Shown here one piece after another: positions 9,566 to 17,577 of a DNA stretch of 58,599 bases. Below the pieces are notes generated by a model, which saw nothing but the letters and a program-made list of their open reading frames with translations, did not search any database and had not been told where the DNA came from. The stretch lies in sequence record SRR2962707_945. One strand, written 5' to 3'. Made by a program: the position numbers and the translations under genes. Position 1 is the first letter of the stretch. Every line of letters begins with the position of its first letter.

Positions 9566-9997
9566 TTAGCGCAACTCTCTGAAGTCGGAAAGGACGTTGT
9601 GGATGGCACAGGCAATATAAGGGTCACCGCCGATCTCTTGGCCCGGGTTCTTTTTCAGTTTCCGGATACTTATGCTAGATCGGCGCGTGTCCTCGCACAT
9701 ATCGCTGTCGCTTTCATAGGCCATTTTCCAATCTTTAAAGGCGCGCTTTTCAACATCGCCTTCTGACATCAGGAATAACTTACGATGACGTTGGTCCTTT
9801 TTGATCCGGTTATAGCATGCCTCGACCTTGTCGCGGTCACCCTCCAGAATCTGGAAACACAGGCGGTCATGATACACCAAAAGGCCGGTGATACCGTCGC
9901 GGGCATTATTCGCCTTTGACGCTGTCAAAAGATCTTTGATTTGCAGCGCATCCAGAGGGGTTGCTGTCGTGCTGAAGTAGATCATTTGATAAACCAC
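9566..9997 (-). CDS. Stand-alone BLUF blue-light photoreceptor
   Basis: 'MIYFS...SKANNARDGITGLL...FQILEG...YNRIKKDQRH...FKDWKM' retains the Tyr, Asn, Gln, Trp and Met of BLUF domains. Confidence 0.92.
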   Translation of the reverse strand: MVYQMIYFSTTATPLDALQIKDLLTASKANNARDGITGLLVYHDRLCFQILEGDRDKVEACYNRIKKDQRHRKLFLMSEGDVEKRAFKDWKMAYESDSDMCEDTRRSSISIRKLKKNPGQEIGGDPYIACAIHNVLSDFRELR

Positions 9998-10312
9998 TGT
10001 GTCAGTTATCCTTTTGGGTGGGGCGAAAGGGACGGGTTAATGTGCGTTAAAATAATAACAACTGAACAGTCAACGCGGGAAGGTTGGGATCGGTTCCAAA
10101 AATAGTTTTGTTTAGACGCTTCTTGAGGGGGCGGCGCATGATGAGACCCACGAGCGCAAGTGGGGGGCAATTTTTTGATGTGCTGAAGAAATGGTGGCTA
10201 CGCTAATGATCAAATGGTGGTGCTTCTAATAGACAAATGGTGGATGCTCTAGTACACAAATAAAAACAGGCTTGGCAGCTGGTGTTGCCAGTGATCGGAA
10301 TGTGGAGAGGGC

Positions 10313-11605
10313 ATGGCAATGACGCAGACAGAGGCATATTTGCCGCGGCACCTTGTGAGCGAGCTGGAAGAGGCGGTCGCGTCCGCGCGTGTTGTGAACC
10401 TGATTGGCCCCAGGCAGGTTGGCAAGACGACCCTCGTTAGGGATTTGTTCGGGCATGGCCGTTTTATCACGTTGGATGATGCCGCGGTTTTGGCGGCTAT
10501 TGAGGCGGACCCGGAAGGGCAGCTTGCCAGCTTGATGCAAGATTTGGGCCCCGCACCGCTGATTATCGACGAGGCGCAGCGGTCCAAGAAGCTGGCGCTG
10601 GCGATCAAGAGGGTCGTTGATGCGGATCGCCGTAAGGGGCAATTTGTTCTGACCGGATCGTCCAACGTTTTCACAACCACGGATGTGGCGGATTCGCTGG
10701 CGGGCAGGATGCGCACGCTGAAACTTTGGCCCTTGTCTGTGGCCGAGATTAAAAGCGCACCGGTCAGTCGTTTGGTGGATTGGGCGATGCAGAAACAACC
10801 CCAGCTTGGCCAGATATCTGACCCCGAACCCCTAGCGCGGGGGGATTACATCGACCTTATTCTGGCGGGTGGGTTCCCGGAAACCAGAACGCTGCCGCTG
10901 CGGTCGCGCCAGCGTGGGTATCGCGATTACATCGATGCTGTGGTTGAACGGGATGTGGCTGACATTACGCCAGTCCGGAAACCGGATGCTTTACGTATTC
11001 TGATTGATCAAATGGCCGCGCGATCGGCGCAAGAGATCAACACCTCTGAGCTGGCAAAGCTGACCAAGCTGCAGCGGGTGACCGTTGATCAGTACCTTGA
11101 TATTCTGATGCGTCTTTCGATGCTGACAAAGCTGGGGGCCTGGACATCGGGCGAAGGTAAGCGCGAGATCAAACAGCCCAAATATCATTTTGTGGATTCA
11201 GGGATCGCCTGCGCCTTGCGCCGTTTTACGGACGCGACTTTTGATATTGATAATACGCCGCAGGCTTTGGGCGGGCTGTTGGAAAGCTTTGTCGTGGGAG
11301 AGTTACAACGCGCCTTGCCGATGCAAGACGCGGATTACCGGATGTATCATTGGCGCAGCGCCGATCAGCGCGAGATTGATATCTTGATTGATGGGGGTAA
11401 TCATCTGGTTAACGTCGAGGTGAAATCATCCGCCACTGTCAGCGCGGATGATTTCAAGCATCTGAAATGGTTTGCAAGTGACGGGCCCGGCCGGACCAAA
11501 ACCTGCACCGGGGTGGTGTTCTATCTGGGTCGCGAAAAGCTGTCTTTCGGGAATGGGAATTATGCCCTGCCCGTCAGCGCCCTTTGGAGCGGGATCACGC
11601 TTTGA
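10313..11605 (+). CDS. AAA_14 ATPase with DUF4143 and C-terminal PD-(D/E)xK-like domain
   Basis: Walker A 'GPRQVGKTT', B 'IIDEAQ', 'LTGS', 'LAGR', 'GGFPE', 'KYHFVDSG', 'EIDIL...EVK'. Confidence 0.88.
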   Translation: MAMTQTEAYLPRHLVSELEEAVASARVVNLIGPRQVGKTTLVRDLFGHGRFITLDDAAVLAAIEADPEGQLASLMQDLGPAPLIIDEAQRSKKLALAIKRVVDADRRKGQFVLTGSSNVFTTTDVADSLAGRMRTLKLWPLSVAEIKSAPVSRLVDWAMQKQPQLGQISDPEPLARGDYIDLILAGGFPETRTLPLRSRQRGYRDYIDAVVERDVADITPVRKPDALRILIDQMAARSAQEINTSELAKLTKLQRVTVDQYLDILMRLSMLTKLGAWTSGEGKREIKQPKYHFVDSGIACALRRFTDATFDIDNTPQALGGLLESFVVGELQRALPMQDADYRMYHWRSADQREIDILIDGGNHLVNVEVKSSATVSADDFKHLKWFASDGPGRTKTCTGVVFYLGREKLSFGNGNYALPVSALWSGITL

Positions 11606-11726
11606 CGGTTTAACGCAGGCCGGTTTTTGAAGGCGGCGGCGTCACTATTGTCTCTATTTTTAGGTTTCACAGCTTGTTAGGGGCCGCCGCCTATATCCTT
11701 GGGCCGACCGCCTGAAGGAACCTAGC

Positions 11727-12851
11727 ATGCCGTTAACCTGGGACGCGCTTTACCTTGGCAAAACTGCCTTGGATATTGATGAGACTGAAAATGATGGGGG
11801 ACAAGCCGACAATGCCGCCGTGTTGGTTGGCAACACCTACGGCACTGCTGGTGATCCGCTTTGGGATCACGTTGTTTCTGTCACGGCCATCGACAACAAC
11901 GGTCAAGCGGACATACTCGATAGTGATAACAATTTTCGCTATGATCAACTGAGGTTTGATGCCGATGATGGCAATGGTTTGCAAACCAATCTCTTTGACT
12001 CCGCACCGATTTATAACGCGACGCTGACCTATACCGACGGTACCACCGCAACGATTACGGCGGTGATCATGCAGGATACGCAGGGAAATCTATTTCTTGC
12101 GCCGGAATATTCAGCCGGCCCCGATATAGATGCGATGGAGGCCAAGGCGATTGAAAGCTTGACGCTGGATTCACTGAATTCAACGACCGGCGATGCCGCG
12201 CCATCGCGGATTCAGACCGAATTTGTTTGCTTTGCCTCTGGCACCTTGATTGCCACCCTTGACGGGGACCGCGCGGTCGAGGATTTGGTGCCCGGTGATC
12301 TGATTATGACCCACGACAACGGACCACAGCCGCTGTTGTGGCGGGGCGCGCGGACCCTCAAGTTTTCTGTCGCCGCTCAGCATCCGCAGCAGCCGATTGA
12401 ATTCAAACCCGGCGCGCTTGGGGTCGGGCAACCGAAACACAGGTTGGTTGTTTCACCGCAACATCGCATGTTGTTGCACACCGGAGATCGCGAGGTGCTT
12501 GCCCCTGCTCTTGGGTTTGTTGGTGCTGCGGGCGTGCGTAAAATGCGCGGGTCGCGATCTGTCACCTACCATACATTGCTTTTGGCCAGTCACGAGATCA
12601 TCATTGCCAATGGTGCATTGGTCGAGAGTTTTTATCCCGGCCGTGTGGCGATGGACGTATTGACCGCAATGCAAAAACTGATGGTGGTTGTGCTGCGGCC
12701 CGCCATCTTGCGGGATCCAGATTGCGGTTTTGGCCCCTATGCGCGCAAGACCATCAGCCGCCGCGACGCCGAGGCGCTTGTGCGTGGCGCTGGCATCCGC
12801 AGCAGGTGCAAGGCGGGCGACGTGCAGGGGCAAAGACCCCTCGTGCATTAG
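11727..12851 (+). CDS. Hint-domain (Hint_2 / BIL-like) protein
   Basis: Acidic N-terminal domain followed by 'VCFASGTLIAT...VEDL..GD', 'VSPQHR', 'YHTLLLASHEIIIANGALVES'; AAGGA RBS. Confidence 0.88.
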   Translation: MPLTWDALYLGKTALDIDETENDGGQADNAAVLVGNTYGTAGDPLWDHVVSVTAIDNNGQADILDSDNNFRYDQLRFDADDGNGLQTNLFDSAPIYNATLTYTDGTTATITAVIMQDTQGNLFLAPEYSAGPDIDAMEAKAIESLTLDSLNSTTGDAAPSRIQTEFVCFASGTLIATLDGDRAVEDLVPGDLIMTHDNGPQPLLWRGARTLKFSVAAQHPQQPIEFKPGALGVGQPKHRLVVSPQHRMLLHTGDREVLAPALGFVGAAGVRKMRGSRSVTYHTLLLASHEIIIANGALVESFYPGRVAMDVLTAMQKLMVVVLRPAILRDPDCGFGPYARKTISRRDAEALVRGAGIRSRCKAGDVQGQRPLVH

Positions 12852-12939
12852 GGTTTGGGGTGTAGTCGGTCAGCCATCAGTCACGCCCATTGTCCGTATA
12901 CGCGCTGTGCGTCCGGGCAATGGGCGCAGCGGGGGCCGT

Positions 12940-13809
12940 TTAGCGGCTTTCGAAATAGTTAAGCGGTACTTTCAGATAGGACCGTCCGTTATCTTCGGGG
13001 GCGGGCAGGCGGCCGCCACGGATGTTGACCTGAAGGGCGGCCAACATCAGTTTAGGCAAGGCCAGTGTCGCATCGCGGGCATCGCGCACGGCACGATATT
13101 CAGCTTCGGTGGGCTTGTCCTTCCAGTGAATATTGCTGGCAAGATGCTGTGCGACCGTTGCCTCGCATTCTGCGGGGCGTTTGGGAGCATAGTCATGACC
13201 GACAAAGACGCGCGTGTATTCAGGCAGGGCGAGAATTGCAGAGATGCTGTTGTACAACTCGCCCGAATTGCCGCCCGGAAAATCGGCGCGCGAACTGCCG
13301 CTGTCGGGCATCATCAACGTGTCATGTACAAAGGCAGCATCGCCCGCGACATAGGTGATCGAGGCCAGCGTGTGGCCGGGTGAAAACATTACGGTCACTG
13401 GCACGTTGCCCACCATGAATATGTCGCCATCGGCGAACAGGTGATCCCATTGGCTGCCATCGGTGGGGAAATCATCGGGCAGATTATAGATATCCTGCCA
13501 CAAGTTCTGAACGCTGGTTACCTTTTCGCCGATCCCCGTTTTGGCACCTGTTTCGGCTTTCAGCCATGGCCCGGCTGAAAAATGGTCGGCATGGGGGTGC
13601 GTGTCGAGTATCCATTCCAGTTCGATCCCGGTTTGGCGGACATAGAGCAAAATCTGCTCGGCGTTTTTGGTTGATGTGGCACCGGCCAGTGGATCGAAAT
13701 CCAGCACAGGATCGACGATCGCCCCTTTCATGGTGATGGGGTCGTGAAAGACATATTGCCAGCTTCCGGTTGGTTCATCCCAGAAACTTTTGACGACTGG
13801 ATTGCTCAT
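12940..13809 (-). CDS. MBL-fold hydrolase, persulfide dioxygenase (Blh/Sdo/ETHE1-like)
   Basis: 'ILDTHPHADHFS', 'SPGHT', 'DTLMMPDSGSSRADFPGG', 'VGHDY', 'LQVNIRGG'. Confidence 0.85.
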   Translation of the reverse strand: MSNPVVKSFWDEPTGSWQYVFHDPITMKGAIVDPVLDFDPLAGATSTKNAEQILLYVRQTGIELEWILDTHPHADHFSAGPWLKAETGAKTGIGEKVTSVQNLWQDIYNLPDDFPTDGSQWDHLFADGDIFMVGNVPVTVMFSPGHTLASITYVAGDAAFVHDTLMMPDSGSSRADFPGGNSGELYNSISAILALPEYTRVFVGHDYAPKRPAECEATVAQHLASNIHWKDKPTEAEYRAVRDARDATLALPKLMLAALQVNIRGGRLPAPEDNGRSYLKVPLNYFESR

Positions 13810-14145
13810 ATTTACTGTCCTTATGCTCGGCTTTTGATCGATTACAGATTGCGTTTGGAAACATATTTAATATCGTGAATGTATATTTCCAGTGATAGGC
13901 TGCATTGACCGTAATCCTTGTGGCAGCGTGGGAATCTGATCTGGGTCAATTTCTGCCGAAATCCGCAAGATGTCTTGACCCGTCACTTAAGATAGTATCT
14001 GAGTATTTAAGTAAGAATAGTGCGGCGCGGCCAAAAGCCGTCGCATGGTAACGAGTGGTGCTGTCGAAATGGGCTGCACTCTCTTTTCCCCGCGTGCTGC
14101 GCCTCACTTGGCCCAGCACGCACGCCAATAACTCCGGAGGCACAG

Positions 14146-14337
14146 ATGGTTGATATCGCCCCGACACATACGCCGCGCACCCGTTTCGGGGATGAACCGA
14201 CGTTGAAAGCCGCGGGTCTGGAGGCACGGCAAACATGTCGCCGGCGCGAAGTCATGTATGATGCGCTGTGCGAGGGCGCGTCGGATACGGCCTGCTTGGA
14301 GGCTTTGTGCGACTGGCTAGAGGAGCGCAAGCGATGA
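14146..14337 (+). CDS. Small hypothetical protein (63 aa, three Cys)
   Basis: GGAGG RBS at 14136-14140 before ATG 14146; same strand as and upstream of DUF1289. Confidence 0.55.
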   Translation: MVDIAPTHTPRTRFGDEPTLKAAGLEARQTCRRREVMYDALCEGASDTACLEALCDWLEERKR

Positions 14338-14467
14338 CCGCAAGATGTGCCACGTGCAATTTCCAGTGAGGTGCCTTGGCAAGCGGTGCCTGTCCCCCTA
14401 GAAGTCCGCCGGAATCCTCCGCTTGTACATTTCCCCCCAGCTTGATTACGGATCAGCAAGGTGTTTC

Positions 14468-14713
14468 ATGGCTAAAACCCCAAGTCCCTGCATTGACGTT
14501 TGCAAATTCAAACGCGAAGGGCACTGTATCGGATGTTCGATGACCAAGGCGCAAAAGTCGCTTTTCAAGTCGCTGAAAAAGGACGGGCACCGTGAGGGTT
14601 TCGTTCAGATGTTAACGGCGCAGCAGGAGCGGCTGGGGAAGTATACGCATTGGGGCGTGGCGTATCGCAAAAAGCTGGCAAAACGAAAAATCGCGGCCGA
14701 GAAGGTTCTCTAG
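14468..14713 (+). CDS. DUF1289 family small Cys-rich protein
   Basis: 'PSPCIDVCK...HCIGCSMT' four-Cys pattern. Confidence 0.82.
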   Translation: MAKTPSPCIDVCKFKREGHCIGCSMTKAQKSLFKSLKKDGHREGFVQMLTAQQERLGKYTHWGVAYRKKLAKRKIAAEKVL

Positions 14714-14743
14714 CCGCGACTTTTACAGTGTGGTCGGTGTTGA

Positions 14744-15217
14744 TCAGCCCGCGAGATGCGCGCGCAGGAACCAAGCGAATTTTTCATGGGTTGTGCCGCG
14801 CGAGATGCACAGATCTTCGGTCAATGTGTCGCCATGTTCGGCGGCCAATTCGCCCGCGCCCGCAAGTGTAGAGGCCAGCGTTTGCTGTGCTTCCATCATG
14901 ATGCGGATCATTTCTTTGTCGGTGGCGTGGCCGTCGTGTTCGTTCACTTTTGACCGCTTCAACATACCGGCAAGCGTGCCTTCTGCATGCACGTCCAATG
15001 CGCGTACACGTTCGGCCAGATCATCCTGACCGATAAAATGGTCTTCGTAAATTTTTTGGAAAAGATCATGCAACGGGCCGAAACCCATGCCTTTGACGTT
15101 CCAGTGAAAATTTTGTGCAAGCATTGTCGTCACGGCGGTTTCGGCCACGGACTGGTTCAATGCGTCAGCAATTGCTGTTTTAGCGTCGGTGGTCAACGCG
15201 GCTGCGGTCTGAGTCAT
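14744..15217 (-). CDS. dps: Dps family DNA-protecting ferritin-like protein
   Basis: 'NFHWNVKG..F..LHDLF', 'DDLAERVRAL', 'HEKFAWFL'. ATG at 15217. Confidence 0.93.
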   Translation of the reverse strand: MTQTAAALTTDAKTAIADALNQSVAETAVTTMLAQNFHWNVKGMGFGPLHDLFQKIYEDHFIGQDDLAERVRALDVHAEGTLAGMLKRSKVNEHDGHATDKEMIRIMMEAQQTLASTLAGAGELAAEHGDTLTEDLCISRGTTHEKFAWFLRAHLAG

Positions 15218-15317
15218 CTGCTCACCCCAATTCTGATGTTTAATTTTGTGGCTGGCTGGCGGGCAGCTGGCTTGCCTGACCCTTAACATAGAGGTCAAAA
15301 TCGGTTTGCCAAGTCTT

Positions 15318-15334
15318 TTTAGAATTATTCTAAA
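15318..15334. promoter_or_regulatory. Irr-binding iron control element (ICE) upstream of dps
   Basis: TTTAGAATTATTCTAAA matches the TTTAGAA-N3-TTCTAAA consensus exactly, 100 bp upstream of the dps start. Confidence 0.82.
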
Positions 15335-15812
15335 TCTTAGAAAATTGCTCGGAAATGCGTCCAAGCAAAAACCCGATATATCTGCGGTCTGCGGCAGTAA
15401 TCCGCGACTTCAAAAGAAAGCTCAGGTTGCTAGTATCGCCACCCCAAATGCAGAACAGGCAGCGCATCACCCAAGCTTCGTCAAATGACAGCTCGGTCGC
15501 GCCGGGCGCAAACCAGGTGATCTGTTTCTGCGTGGCGGTCGGAAGGCATTTGATAAATGTCTGAACAAAGGTGCGTTTCGCGTCTTCGCCGTCGAGGGTC
15601 AAAAGGGCGCATGCTTCAAACAGGTCTGTGCGTGCAGCCACGCGACACCCCATTGCGGCCAGCCGCAAATTATTAAGAACCGCGCGTTGCCCCGTTGTCA
15701 TCTGGAAGGTTGGTGCAGGACGTTCAAACCCGCCTTGGTCCATCACGGGCAAAGTAGAAAGTTGCGCCATATTTTGCGGTATCCGTTGGTTCCGGGCAGG
15801 GGAGTGAATCAC
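15330..15812 (-). CDS. Hypothetical protein upstream of dps
   Basis: 160-aa ORF with protein-like composition ('CR..ARTDLFEACALL', 'ELSFDEAW'); start uncertain (GTG 15812 or internal ATG). Confidence 0.65.
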   Translation of the reverse strand: MIHSPARNQRIPQNMAQLSTLPVMDQGGFERPAPTFQMTTGQRAVLNNLRLAAMGCRVAARTDLFEACALLTLDGEDAKRTFVQTFIKCLPTATQKQITWFAPGATELSFDEAWVMRCLFCIWGGDTSNLSFLLKSRITAADRRYIGFLLGRISEQFSKI

Positions 15813-15915
15813 ACGATACTATTCCCGACTATACTTATAAGGTATTGGCGGAAATTCAAGCGGGGAAATTTTTACCCCAACACCTGATGCTGCACGGGAA
15901 CCGGAAAATCGGTTT

Positions 15916-16449
15916 CTAACAGGCCGGTGTGTTGGCTTCCGACATCCGGGCAATCGAGTAAAAGTCAAACTCCTCGGATACGGTTCCTTTTCCCCATATC
16001 AGCCTTGGGTCCGACGTACCGATCGAAACAGCGCGAAACGGCAAATCGGCCACCGGTTGACCGATCTCTAACGCGTGTTCCCAGTCGACCGGAGTGATCG
16101 TTGAACCGTTCACAATCAGATTGGCGGGTTTGAGATCGCCATGGATCAGCCCCTTGGCGTGAACAGCTGTGAAGGTGCCCGCGAGCTGCTTGAGCAAACC
16201 CGGCCAAAGATCGAGCGACACCTGCGACAGGGGTGACCCGATTATCAGCTCACGGCGCACGATCAGAACGTCCTCAAGCAATTCAACATTTACAATACGG
16301 GGGACGTTCAATCCAGACAGTCGCTGCATGGATTGAAGCTCGTTCTCTAAAAGCTGGCGAGCCAGACCAGATTTTGCACGCTTTTCAACAACGTTCTGCC
16401 CGTTCCAATACGTTATCTCGTGCTTGGGCTTGGCTGATAGTGGGGTCAC
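15916..16449 (-). CDS. Miniature Ser/Thr protein kinase-like protein
   Basis: 'VVEK' Lys, alphaC Glu ('LENE'), catalytic loop 'HGDLKPAN', 'DWE' in place of DFG; no glycine-rich loop and a truncated C-lobe. Confidence 0.75.
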   Translation of the reverse strand: MTPLSAKPKHEITYWNGQNVVEKRAKSGLARQLLENELQSMQRLSGLNVPRIVNVELLEDVLIVRRELIIGSPLSQVSLDLWPGLLKQLAGTFTAVHAKGLIHGDLKPANLIVNGSTITPVDWEHALEIGQPVADLPFRAVSIGTSDPRLIWGKGTVSEEFDFYSIARMSEANTPAC

Positions 16450-16480
16450 GACGGAACACCGGCATGGAGAGGGCAGCAGA

Positions 16481-17272
16481 TCACATCAGCAAAAGTTTGT
16501 CGCGCAAGGCGTACCAACCACCAGTCTCTGAAATGATTGCCGGAACGTTGTACTGACCGAATATCCGCGTAGCACCGCGCCTGCGAAAAATGTCAAACAT
16601 AACCGCGCTTGCCGGCCCGTTCGCTTTTTTCGTGGCACTCCCGCCGCCTATTGTTGACAGCCGCATTTCAACATTAGCGCGCCAGTGCAGTTCCATTGCT
16701 GTGCGATTGATGAGGGTTTCATATTTCAATTTCACGCCTGCACGCGCCAATGCTACGGCGACGCCCGTTGCAAAGCCAACTGCGCCGATGGGGATCGCTG
16801 CCCCGGCGAGTTCGGTACTGCGAATTCCTGCTTTAAAAACCTTGGCTGTCATGCATGCTTTAACCCATTGCTGGACCGTCATACTGCGTGGATATTTCTT
16901 GGCTATTCCATCGAGCATCTTCAAATGTGCAAGCGTTGATCCAGTGGCGTTTGTGTGCATCATAATGCCTGATACGTCGACTTGCGTGGCTTGTGAGGCA
17001 AGCGTTCCTGCAGTTGCGAGCGTCGCTGCACCCATTTTTTTATAGGAGCGGTTTAACATGTACTTGCTCGTTCGCGGGGAGGCAGTTTGAGTGAACCCAT
17101 GTGTCATGAAAAAAGGGTTTGGCGGGGCAAGTTCGTCGATACCATCAACTTCCGCATTAAGATCTTTGTAAAAATGCAAAAGAACGATCGGAACGCCAAT
17201 GCCGATTTCTCCGCCAACAGTCTCTGCAATCTTCCAGGCTATCGACTCTGCGGCTTCTTCAGTTGCACCCAT
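16481..17272 (-). CDS. Hypothetical protein, candidate T6SS effector
   Basis: 263-aa ORF with GGAG RBS, divergent from vgrG; Gly/Ala-rich hydrophobic stretch 'LAGAAIPIGAVGFATGVAVALARAGV'; no signal peptide evident. Confidence 0.7.
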   Translation of the reverse strand: MGATEEAAESIAWKIAETVGGEIGIGVPIVLLHFYKDLNAEVDGIDELAPPNPFFMTHGFTQTASPRTSKYMLNRSYKKMGAATLATAGTLASQATQVDVSGIMMHTNATGSTLAHLKMLDGIAKKYPRSMTVQQWVKACMTAKVFKAGIRSTELAGAAIPIGAVGFATGVAVALARAGVKLKYETLINRTAMELHWRANVEMRLSTIGGGSATKKANGPASAVMFDIFRRRGATRIFGQYNVPAIISETGGWYALRDKLLLM

Positions 17273-17577
17273 TTAAAAACTCCGAATTATTAAGCGCCAA
17301 CGCGCGTTATGATGAAATGACTTGTACTCGAACAAAAATATATTTTACGGATTATGGTATCGTCCTAACATTTTTGGGGCAAATACAATAACAAATTTTA
17401 AGGTGCATTTCTAAGTGCGCCAAGGATAACTCCGGCGTCAGTTGCTTTGCCTAGGAAGCTTTGGAATTTGGCCCAGCTTCACGGGCAGCATACCAAGTTT
17501 GCAGCTTACGCTCACATAGGGGTTGGTTTTTGAGACCTATGCTCCATACTCGGAGCGCATTGAGAATAGGACATAGC

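Noticed and set aside
17289-17316. Weak dif-like arrangement upstream of vgrG
   Set aside because: Only TTATG matches; left arm too divergent in an AT-rich promoter region.
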